DNA of 64,000 bases from Candidatus Omnitrophota bacterium. Its GTDB lineage: Bacteria > Omnitrophota > Gorgyraeia > Gygaellales > Profunditerraquicolaceae. Under the pieces are notes generated by a model. It was not told the origin of the DNA and did not search any database. It worked only from the letters and a program-made list of their open reading frames with translations. Both the position numbers and the translations under genes were made by a program. Within the stretch, counting starts at the first letter, position 1. Each line of letters begins with the position of its first letter. Location: NCBI GenBank assembly GCA_041650295.1, contig JBAZLM010000001.1, positions 318 through 64,317 of the forward strand. The letters run 5' to 3'. Positions 31,290 through 39,202 of this stretch are shown piece after piece.

Positions 31290-31655
31290 ATGCTTATGAT
31301 ACGATGGTTAATATTTTTTCTATCTGTTTTATTAGCGAGTTTAATTACTAAGGAGACCATTTTAAAGATTAGAAAAAAACTTACACCAAAGAATCAGCAT
31401 AAGAATAATCTTGTTTTTTATCTTGGATTTCTTGAGCTACTCTCTTATTCCGTTTCGTTTATTATTTTTAAACCAGAATTTATAGTTTTTTGGCTTGGCA
31501 TTAAATCATTGAATAGATGGGAAGTAAAAAGAGCAAATGCGGATAATAATTGGGAAAATAATGATATTAATATATTTCTACTTGGTAATTTACTGAGCAT
31601 AATTTTTAGTTTTATTATAGGGAAGATTTTTACAGGACTTCTACAATTCAGTTAA
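31290..31655 (+). CDS. Small integral membrane protein, 121 aa, about 3 TM helices.
   Basis: RBS GAAAGGA. Hydrophobic segments WLIFFLSVLLASLI, LVFYLGFLELLSYSVSFIIF and IFLLGNLLSIIFSFIIGKIF. Confidence 0.5.
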   Translation: MLMIRWLIFFLSVLLASLITKETILKIRKKLTPKNQHKNNLVFYLGFLELLSYSVSFIIFKPEFIVFWLGIKSLNRWEVKRANADNNWENNDINIFLLGNLLSIIFSFIIGKIFTGLLQFS

Positions 31656-31665
31656 GGAGGAGAAA

Positions 31666-32112
31666 ATGAGTTCACTCTTAATCTTTTTGCCTAGTATAGT
31701 TTTAATCGTAATTTTATTTATCTCAATATCAAAATTTTTTCCAAACAAGAATCGGTCTATAGGTGTTACTATATTCGCTATCTGGCTTGTATTCAATGGC
31801 ATTCTATCGTTTCGGTATGCTCCCACAATAGGGTTTTTTGCCCATGGCATTGTTTTATTTTTTATAGTTTTAGCCATAGGGATAATTAATCTTAAAAATA
31901 ATGCCCGTATTGCTGTTATTATTACTTTTGCCTTGATAAGCTGTCTATCGGGTCTACCTGTTTTAATTGCTATTGGACAACCGAACATAATGGCAGAACG
32001 TTTAGGGTCTTTCTTGGCGAACCTTATTTTTCTTACTATCGTTATTGTCTTCTTAACAAGACCCAAAGTTAAAGAACAGTTCAAATCTGCTCTGCCAAAG
32101 GAGAAGAAATGA
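31666..32112 (+). CDS. Small integral membrane protein, 148 aa, about 5 TM helices.
   Basis: RBS AAGGAGG. Strongly hydrophobic throughout. Confidence 0.5.
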   Translation: MSSLLIFLPSIVLIVILFISISKFFPNKNRSIGVTIFAIWLVFNGILSFRYAPTIGFFAHGIVLFFIVLAIGIINLKNNARIAVIITFALISCLSGLPVLIAIGQPNIMAERLGSFLANLIFLTIVIVFLTRPKVKEQFKSALPKEKK

Positions 32113-32399
32113 ACGTTAAAAAAATCATAGCGAGAGAAGGATTAGTAGGTATTATCCTGTTGTCTGGCCTCGCATCTTTATTAATAAGTATACATTACAG
32201 ATTAAAGGGCCAATTTTATTTTGATAAAGGAAAAACAAACACACTTTTTAAGACTGATTTTTTTGTTCAAAGCTCACAATACATAAATACTTCTTCGAAG
32301 TTTTGGATAATAAGTCAAATTCTTTTAAGTATATATTTAGCTTATTTATTTGTCCGCTTCATCATCTGGGCGATAAGGACGCTAAGGGAGGGAAAATGA
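32109..32399 (+). CDS. Small membrane protein, 96 aa, 2 TM helices.
   Basis: RBS AAAGGAGAAG. Its start overlaps the upstream stop (ATGA). Confidence 0.45.
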   Translation: MNVKKIIAREGLVGIILLSGLASLLISIHYRLKGQFYFDKGKTNTLFKTDFFVQSSQYINTSSKFWIISQILLSIYLAYLFVRFIIWAIRTLREGK

Positions 32400-32833
32400 T
32401 TTGGATTATTTTTTCTATAGGTGGAGTTTTATTAGCTATTATTGGTATTAATCGGAAGTTTGAAGCACTTAATTCTGAGTTAACCTGGATGAATGAAGCA
32501 ATAGTTAACGAAAAGGTTCTTGAGAAAAAGAAAAATAGAGCAGTATCTTTTAATTTTGTAATAAGTCAGATAGGTCACGGAAGGATTTGTAAAGGTATAG
32601 ATGTTGGAGAGTTTAAGAGTATCTGTGGTGAATTGCCAAATTTTGACTCTTGGGAAAATAAAAAAAAGGGGGTAACGGAATTCACTCTGTATGGTTATGG
32701 AGAAGGTATACCTACCCCACAGTTAATTTTAAGATGTATTGATAGCAAGCTCGCTGGATGCAAATCAATTCCCAATAATGTTGAGATTCAGTATGCATTC
32801 TATCGTAAAAATACAAATAGAAAGTATGAATAG
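32397..32833 (+). CDS. Bitopic membrane protein, 145 aa (one N-terminal TM helix plus a soluble domain).
   Basis: RBS AGGGAGG before ATG 32397 (MIWIIFSIGGVLLAIIGI...). The six-frame ORF beginning at 32303 is an upstream extension in the same frame. Confidence 0.45.
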
Positions 32834-33442
32834 AAGGCAAATTATTCTATTGCCTGATTATACTCTTGACAAATAAGAAGAAGAATCAAAATTTTATATC
32901 TGCCCCTCTGTCGCCATATAGCAATTAATATTCCATTTATGTTTTATCATTGTAATAAATTATAAATAATCTTTATAAAACTCGTCGATAAATAAATAAC
33001 AACTATACCATGGGTTGTGTTTATAATTTTTAAATCGAGTAGCTCGTCGCTGGCAAGTTAACATAATACTCATATGCGGTAGTAGAACACGGTTGGGTTG
33101 TTTTTAGCAGATAAAACGAAGTTTATTTTTGAATGGCCTACTATAAGTTTATTCGGTGATTTATGATTTTAAGTTGAGCACAAATCTTTTCTGTTCGGAG
33201 AATTTCTACTTTAAACTCCCTCACAAATCTACTTTAAACTACATTGCTCGGTGCTGATGGACTTACCTTTCATGCTTATACCTGTCAAATTTAATATTTT
33301 AGCACTAAGAATGTTGCTATGGCGGGATAATCGTTTAACCTACCTTATGCTACGGGGCTAAAAAAGGCATCGTAGAGACTATTTTTTGTTAAGGCTATTT
33401 AAGAATTACCGAGAGACTATCCAAAGAAGGGGACAAAATTAT

Positions 33443-33823
33443 TTACACCCCCACTTCATTCCTAATATCAATTCCTAAAGTTTGAATTGGGTTTATTTCG
33501 CTCTGCACAAAAAAAGGCTGACAAAAACTGCTCTCTTGAGAAATCTGCTCTTCTGTCATAACTCCACTTTCTTCCCATATAACATTTGTAGACAATATCG
33601 GCATCGGAATGGGCAGATTCTTTTCAATCATTGTTGCAAAATAAAGTTTTTTTGCTTCAAATAAATTTGCTATAGCCTCTCCTGGCGTTTCCCCATGACT
33701 CATACAACCAGATAATTCCGGATGCATAGCCAGATAACATAAAGTACTATCTGTCGTTTGGTCAGGAATAACTTTTAAGGAATAACAATAATTCATATAA
33801 TCTTCTAATCTTTTATTATCCAT
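33443..33823 (-). CDS. hicB: HicB-family antitoxin.
   Basis: YLAMHPELSGCMSHGETPGEAIANLFEAKKLYFATMIEKNLPIP matches the HicB (UPF0150) core. It overlaps hicA by 19 nt. Confidence 0.75.
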   Translation of the reverse strand: MDNKRLEDYMNYCYSLKVIPDQTTDSTLCYLAMHPELSGCMSHGETPGEAIANLFEAKKLYFATMIEKNLPIPMPILSTNVIWEESGVMTEEQISQESSFCQPFFVQSEINPIQTLGIDIRNEVGV

Positions 33824-34092
33824 ACTCCCTCCTGTAACTCTTCAAGTTTATCAATCAGTTTTACGGCAAATTGGATGTATCCCAATGGCAATGAATTGTG
33901 ACGTGTGACAGTAGCCCGCAATTCAGGAAAATCTGGATGAAGAAAAAGAGCGTGCTTCCCTCCTTCTTTTTTCTCAAATCCATATTTTGAGTATAACTTT
34001 TCCAAATCAGTAAACCTCCAACCAGATTTACTACAACGCATTCGTTCTAATAACTTATTATCTTCTTTTACCATAGGATAAGCTACCGTCAT
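33805..34092 (-). CDS. hicA: HicA-family toxin (mRNA interferase).
   Basis: LLERMRCSKSGWRFTDLEKLYSKYGFEKKEGGKHALFLHP...VTRHNSLPLGYIQFAVKLI follows the HicA/YcfA pattern. Confidence 0.75.
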   Translation of the reverse strand: MTVAYPMVKEDNKLLERMRCSKSGWRFTDLEKLYSKYGFEKKEGGKHALFLHPDFPELRATVTRHNSLPLGYIQFAVKLIDKLEELQEGVWIIKD

Positions 34093-34093
34093 T

Positions 34094-34516
34094 CTATCTT
34101 TGCTGCTGTGCTGGCGGTTGCGATTGTATCTGAATAATTTTCAAAGGAACAGTTTGACGTTCCGTATCATTTATCAAAATATGAAAAGCATATCTACCAG
34201 ATGTCGGGAAAACAACATTATTAAGATTAAGTATATGATTGCTAATAATATCTTCCCCTGGAGTTCCTCCAGCTAAACCAACCGTTCCAGCGACCTCTAA
34301 GATTTGTGTTCCATCTGCATTTAATAACCTTACCCTTATATTCTGTTGTGTCCCCACCTCTGAATACGGTGCCTCAAGTCGCATAACTAATTGCATACTA
34401 CTATGAACAAGAGGGAAACTTCTCGCAAAGATAATATCAAATATACCGAGAATATTAAGTTTGCCTTCACGAGAGATATTAGAAGAATCAGCTAAGACTC
34501 CTAACGTTACAATCAT
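34094..34516 (-). CDS. Hypothetical protein, 140 aa, directly upstream of hicA (1-nt gap).
   Basis: An ORF with a Gln-rich C-terminus (QSQPPAQQQR); no family recognised with confidence. Confidence 0.4.
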   Translation of the reverse strand: MIVTLGVLADSSNISREGKLNILGIFDIIFARSFPLVHSSMQLVMRLEAPYSEVGTQQNIRVRLLNADGTQILEVAGTVGLAGGTPGEDIISNHILNLNNVVFPTSGRYAFHILINDTERQTVPLKIIQIQSQPPAQQQR

Positions 34517-34692
34517 ATTAAACCTCCTATTTTAATTTTATATATAGATTTCTACTCTATTTTATATCACTGAAACTTGCTTCTATTATAAGTCATTCTT
34601 TGCACTATACAAGCAACTATTAATTGATTTGTATCTTCTCATATCTGAAACTTTTTAAGCATTTTAACGATTTCTTCTTTCATCTCACTTCC

Positions 34693-34968
34693 TCATTTAC
34701 TTTGCTTAATTTTTGGTTTCTCGCGATAACTTCCTTCCCAAATAAAATAACCACTAGGACATTTTTTATTATTAACCCTTTTAACTAATCTTTTCATTTC
34801 AAGAAAAAAAGTATTAAATTCCTTTGGTGCTTTATTTTCTAATGACTTAACGGAATCTGAAAAATGATAAAATATAGAATTCATCGCTGCCTGTTTACTT
34901 TCAGAAAGATATAAGTGTTTCGGTAAAGTAAAACGTATCCAATGTTCAAATTCAATACTTACGCTCAT
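34693..34968 (-). CDS. Hypothetical protein, 91 aa (mobile element).
   Basis: ORF only. Confidence 0.3.
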   Translation of the reverse strand: MSVSIEFEHWIRFTLPKHLYLSESKQAAMNSIFYHFSDSVKSLENKAPKEFNTFFLEMKRLVKRVNNKKCPSGYFIWEGSYREKPKIKQSK

Positions 34969-35015
34969 TACCCTCCTCTGTTTATAAACAAATTATACCT
35001 CTTTTTTAGCTTTAC

Positions 35016-35249
35016 TCAACACAAAACACTATCTCTGTTGTAGAGTGGCTTATTCCTATCTTGTTCCCAATTACTAATAGTTTGCTTTGATACCCTTAAT
35101 TTTAAAGCTAAATCTTTTTGGAGTAGGCTTTGCTCTAATCTTGCCTTACGGATACGCTGTCCCAGAGTTTCTATTGGGAGATTATCAAAAATAGATGTGC
35201 TTATAGTAAAGATAAAGGCTCTCTTTAAAAGTTCTCCTTTAGTTAACAT
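35016..35249 (-). CDS. XRE-family (Cro/CI-type) HTH regulator at the right end of the element.
   Basis: LGQRIRKARLEQSLLQKDLALKLRVSKQTISNWEQDRNKP matches the HTH_3 pattern. The start codon lies 3 nt inside the attR core. Confidence 0.7.
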   Translation of the reverse strand: MLTKGELLKRAFIFTISTSIFDNLPIETLGQRIRKARLEQSLLQKDLALKLRVSKQTISNWEQDRNKPLYNRDSVLC

Positions 35250-35251
35250 AT

Positions 35252-35731
35252 GCTTGCCCGTGTGGAAATTATTTTAACCCGCAAAAGCCCTGCCATTGCG
35301 GCACCACCAAAATTAGGAATTACTTAGGAAAAATTTCTGGTCCATTACTTGATCGCATAGATATCCATATTGAAGTCCCACAAGTAAAATACCGTGAACT
35401 CACTGAAACTAAAAATGCTGAGTCCTCTGCGGCAATTAAACTGCGCATAGAAAATGCCCGTACCATTCAAATCAAACGCCTAAAATCTACCGGATTATTT
35501 TGTAACGCACAAATGCAGGGAAAATTAATTAGAGAATCTTGTAAGCTTGATCAACCAGCACAAGAGTTAATCCGCATGGCGATGACTGAACTAAGGTTAT
35601 CTGCACGAGCCTATGATAAAATTCTCAAAGTTAGCCGCACTATCGCCGATTTAGATCAAAAAGAGATCATTAGCCAAGACCACGTGGCCGAAGCAGTGCA
35701 GTACCGAAACTTGGATAAATTATTAAATTAA
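35252..35731 (+). CDS. comM: ComM/YifB 3' portion (about 159 codons); it resumes the interrupted comM reading frame.
   Basis: In-frame translation from 35252: ACPCGNYFNPQKPCHCGTTKIRNYLGKISGPLLDRIDIHIEVPQVKYRELT...LSARAYDKILKVSRTIADLDQKEIISQDHVAEAVQYRNL. This matches the ComM zinc-finger and C-terminal domain. Confidence 0.8.
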   Translation, partial: ACPCGNYFNPQKPCHCGTTKIRNYLGKISGPLLDRIDIHIEVPQVKYRELTETKNAESSAAIKLRIENARTIQIKRLKSTGLFCNAQMQGKLIRESCKLDQPAQELIRMAMTELRLSARAYDKILKVSRTIADLDQKEIISQDHVAEAVQYRNLDKLLN

Positions 35732-36699
35732 GGAGTAGAAACTTCGATAATAGAAGTGGTACTGGCCGTTGCTCCGGCTGCATCTGTAACCGTAAGGGTG
35801 ACTGGAAAATTGCGAGGTTGACCAAAAGTAGTACTCCAATAAGTATTCTCAGGATTAATTTTAGCAGAAGTGTCGCCATCGCCAAAATCCCAATGATAGG
35901 CAACAATTTTTCCATTTTTAGAAGTAGATCTCTGCCCAGAAAATTTTACTACTAGAGGCGAAAGACCTTTTGTCGGTTTAGCGATAATTACCGCCATCGG
36001 AGGGATCAATTCTTTTTTAATTACCGCAGGCTCAACCACTGCTACAGGTTGCACAACTACAGCTGGCGCCACTGGAGCCACTGGAGCCTCAACCACAGCT
36101 GGCGCCACAGCCACTACCGGAGCTTCAATTTGCGCAGGAACTTCAACTGGCGCAATTACCGGAGCAACCACCACAGGCGCAACCACTGCCGGCTTAACTA
36201 CTGCATTAGTCGACGCTGTTTCTTTATCTAAATCTTGTACAATATAGGCAGCGAGTTTTTCTTTTAACTGATTAACTTTGGCCCGCTCAAAAGCATCTTT
36301 TTCTTCGTCACGACGATCAATTCTTTCTTTATACTTAGGATCATGATTATATTTATAATCTGAAACTGCAGTAAATGGCCAACGTAAAATTCCGCATAAA
36401 AAATCTATTGCCATCGTCGGAGTATCCCAGAGATACTCTTTAAAACGGGATTGAATCTCTCCACTGTTTTTAAGATAATATTCCACCTTTGATCTGCGGC
36501 GATTAAAACGTTGTTTGGCTAAATCTAAATCTGGCAAAGATTTTTCTTTTCCAATGGTATACTCCGGGATTAGCTTATCATCATAAGAAACTAAATATCC
36601 TTGTGCATTAGGACCGGTAGTAGTGGCCTTCTGGAATTTATAAGTAGCGCATCCGGATAAAATCAAAACTAAAAATAATAAACTTAATATTTTTCTCAA
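35728..36699 (-). CDS. Lipoprotein with a Pro/Ala/Val-rich linker and a C-terminal PKD domain.
   Basis: Lipobox LILSGC. Linker (APVVVAPVIAPVEVPAQIEAPVVAVAPAVVEAPVAPVAP...) encoded by repetitive DNA at 36040-36190. PKD region: PLVVKFSGQRS...YHWDFGDGDTS...VTLTVTDAAGATAS. Confidence 0.75.
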   Translation of the reverse strand: MRKILSLLFLVLILSGCATYKFQKATTTGPNAQGYLVSYDDKLIPEYTIGKEKSLPDLDLAKQRFNRRRSKVEYYLKNSGEIQSRFKEYLWDTPTMAIDFLCGILRWPFTAVSDYKYNHDPKYKERIDRRDEEKDAFERAKVNQLKEKLAAYIVQDLDKETASTNAVVKPAVVAPVVVAPVIAPVEVPAQIEAPVVAVAPAVVEAPVAPVAPAVVVQPVAVVEPAVIKKELIPPMAVIIAKPTKGLSPLVVKFSGQRSTSKNGKIVAYHWDFGDGDTSAKINPENTYWSTTFGQPRNFPVTLTVTDAAGATASTTSIIEVSTP

Positions 36700-36718
36700 A
36701 ACCTTACCCTCTTTTTAA

Positions 36719-37276
36719 TTATAGACGCATTAAGGCTAACGCCTCAGAACGCGTCTTCTCGTTCTCTTTAAAAATTCCTCGAACCGCACTAGTCACCGTC
36801 ATCGTTCCAGGTTTTTTTACCCCGCGCATCGACATACATAAATGCTCAGCTTCAATAACCACCATTACCCCTAACGGCTTTAATTTATGCATTACAATAT
36901 CAGCAATTTGCGTAGTTAGGCGCTCTTGCACTTGCGGTCGACGCGCTAAAATATCCACCACTCGAGCAAGCTTACTTAACCCAGTTACTCGACCATTTTT
37001 AGGGATATAAGCAATATTGGCTTTACCTAAAAACGGTAAAAGATGGTGTTCGCAGACAGAGTACAAAGGAATTCCTCGCAAAAGCACAATCTCATTATGC
37101 TTTTGATCAAGGATAACCTCTAATTCTTTTTCCGGATTTTGTTTAATCCCGGAAAAAATTTCCTCATACATCTGGGCCACCCGGCTAGGAGTCTCTAAAA
37201 GATCCTTACGCTTTGGATCTTCACCGATAGCCTCTAAAATCTGACGGACTGCTTTTTCAATTTTTATTTTATTCAT
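36719..37276 (-). CDS. folE: GTP cyclohydrolase I.
   Basis: [21 protein letters not shown]...[22 protein letters not shown]...[18 protein letters not shown] is the canonical FolE sequence. Confidence 0.9.
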   Translation of the reverse strand: MNKIKIEKAVRQILEAIGEDPKRKDLLETPSRVAQMYEEIFSGIKQNPEKELEVILDQKHNEIVLLRGIPLYSVCEHHLLPFLGKANIAYIPKNGRVTGLSKLARVVDILARRPQVQERLTTQIADIVMHKLKPLGVMVVIEAEHLCMSMRGVKKPGTMTVTSAVRGIFKENEKTRSEALALMRL

Positions 37277-37385
37277 TTGATTTTAATTCCTAAGGTCTAC
37301 AAAGTTATTTGCTATTATCTTACGAAATCTACTCTTGCGCAACAGTTTTTTGCTAACCGCACAGGCCATATGTTCTCTGCAGGTA

Positions 37386-37414
37386 TTGACTATTCTCCTA
37401 AATATAACTATACT
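37386..37414 (+). promoter_or_regulatory. Sigma-70 consensus-like promoter upstream of the CheY-like gene.
   Basis: TTGACT at 37386-37391, a 17-nt spacer, then TATACT at 37409-37414, about 9 nt before the ATG at 37423. Confidence 0.4.
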
Positions 37415-37422
37415 ATCCATTA

Positions 37423-37817
37423 TGGATAAGCTGGGCAAGAAAAGAATCTTTGTAGCCGACGATCAAGTTGAGATCCTCTCTTTATTAGAGGATTCATTAA
37501 CTGGTGCTGGTTTTGAAGTAAAAATTTGTAACGAACCAAAAAATGCACTGAACTTAATTAAATCATTTAAGCCCCATCTAATCCTCTTGGATCTACGCAT
37601 GCCCAATCTGGGCGGCTTTGAAATTTGTGAGATCTTAAACAACGACACCCAAACCCACGGTATCCCGATAATTATTGTCTCAGGATTCGGAGACTTAATG
37701 GATATAAAGCAAGCCTATAAATTAGGCGCTGTCAGTTATATCGTTAAACCCTTTCCTTTAGATCTACTCTTTAAAGAAGTAAATAAAGCTTTAACCAATA
37801 AAGAAAAAACTATTTAA
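37423..37817 (+). CDS. Stand-alone CheY-like response-regulator receiver protein. The start was chosen at the internal ATG after the promoter.
   Basis: IFVADDQVEILSLLEDSL...LILLDLRMPNLGGFEICE...PIIIVSGFGD...KLGAVSYIVKPF carries REC signatures D-D...D...S/T...K. The six-frame ORF begins at 37335. Confidence 0.75.
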
Positions 37818-37819
37818 CT

Positions 37820-39202
37820 TTATTTACCGATACAAAAATCCATAAAAATTTTATCTAAAAGATCCTCAGAAAAACTCTTTCCCAAGATCTTATCTAAATA
37901 AGCACAAGCTTCCTTAAGCGACTGCGCAATAAACTCTGTAGATAATTCCTCTGTCAACGAAACCCTGGCTTCTTGAATTAACTTTTGCGCATCCTTAAGC
38001 AAACGTGCATGGCGTAAGTTACTGACTAACATTGGCTCCGAAGACTCTAATTTACCTTGATAAACTAAATTACTAAGAGCATCTTCTAATAGATTAATGT
38101 TTTTGCCTTTTTTAGCACAAAGACTAACAACTTGTGAAAAACTTTTTTTGATCTCTGCGGTTTCTATCTGCATTTTTAAATCAATTTTATTAATTACTGC
38201 AATGGTCAGTTTATTTTTAATCGATTTAATGATCTGACGATCTTGTCCTGTTAATTTTTTACTAGCATCAAATAAAATAATTACTAAGTCTGCCTGTTTA
38301 ATCTCTTTTTGAGAACGCAAAATCGCTTTTTTTTCAATTAAATTACGCGGCGTAAGTATCCCAGCAGTATCCACAATTCTAACCGGTATTCCTTTAATAT
38401 CTAACATCTCTTCAATCGTATCCCGCGTCGTTCCAGCCACCGCGGTCACAATCGAACGTTCTTTTTTAAGCAAAGCATTTAAAAGTGAAGATTTCCCCAC
38501 GTTGGGTTTGCCGCAAATAACTACATGCAGCCCTTCGCGCAAAATCCTACCGCAGTTAGCTCCTTCCAATAATTTATCTAGCTGTTCATGCAGCGCCGTA
38601 AGTTCTTCAGTAACCCCAATAATAGTTTGCTCAGGAATTGACTCCTCCGGAAAATCAATACTGGCTTCTAATCCCACTAAAACATCTAATAAATCTTTAC
38701 GAATTTTATTTATTTCCTTAGAAAGACTGCCACTTAATTGCCCAAGGCTAACCTTAAGGGCTGAGTCAGTTTTTGCCTGAATAATATCAATTACAGCTTC
38801 GGCTTGCGCTAAATCAATGCGCCCGTTTAAAAAAGCCCGCTTGGTAAATTCACCCGGATGCGCTAAGCGTGCCCCACAATCTAAAACCAAATCTAAAATT
38901 TTACGCGTCGATAAAACTCCACCGTGACAATTAATTTCAACCACGTCTTCCCGAGTATAACTTTTAGGCTTACGCATTAACGTAAGAATAACCTCATCTA
39001 AAACTTTACCCTGTTGAACAATTTTTCCGTAATGTAAAGTATAACTTTTAAATTCAACCACCTTCTCTTGGTTAGCAGGAAGAAATATTTTTTCGGCAAT
39101 CCCTAAGGCTTGATTGCCACTCATGCGCACAATACCAATTCCACCTTGGCCAACAGCAGTGGAAATTGCCGCAATCGTATCTTCTAAATTGTTACTTTTC
39201 AT
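37820..39202 (-). CDS. mnmE: tRNA modification GTPase MnmE.
   Basis: G-domain segments: VVICGKPNVGKSSLLNALL, DTAG, NKIDL. C-terminal CIGK motif. Confidence 0.9.
   Translation of the reverse strand: MKSNNLEDTIAAISTAVGQGGIGIVRMSGNQALGIAEKIFLPANQEKVVEFKSYTLHYGKIVQQGKVLDEVILTLMRKPKSYTREDVVEINCHGGVLSTRKILDLVLDCGARLAHPGEFTKRAFLNGRIDLAQAEAVIDIIQAKTDSALKVSLGQLSGSLSKEINKIRKDLLDVLVGLEASIDFPEESIPEQTIIGVTEELTALHEQLDKLLEGANCGRILREGLHVVICGKPNVGKSSLLNALLKKERSIVTAVAGTTRDTIEEMLDIKGIPVRIVDTAGILTPRNLIEKKAILRSQKEIKQADLVIILFDASKKLTGQDRQIIKSIKNKLTIAVINKIDLKMQIETAEIKKSFSQVVSLCAKKGKNINLLEDALSNLVYQGKLESSEPMLVSNLRHARLLKDAQKLIQEARVSLTEELSTEFIAQSLKEACAYLDKILGKSFSEDLLDKIFMDFCIGK

Larger units (their letters stand above)
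25178..35264. mobile_element. Integrated ~10.1-kb element (prophage remnant or satellite-like integrative element) in comM. It encodes a large serine recombinase.
   Basis: attL core is cttgTccgtgCg at 25178-25189; attR core is cttgCccgtgTg at 35252-35263. Joining the host flanks restores ...LNPCPCGNYFNPQKPCHC...ISGPLLDRIDIHIEVP... of ComM. The recombinase sits at the left end and an XRE repressor at the right end. Confidence 0.8.

Noticed and set aside
35670-36231. ORFs 35670-35915 (-) and 36049-36231 (+) overlapping the PKD lipoprotein gene.
   Set aside because: These are alternative frames of the repetitive Pro/Ala/Val linker DNA and the comM 3' end; judged artefactual.
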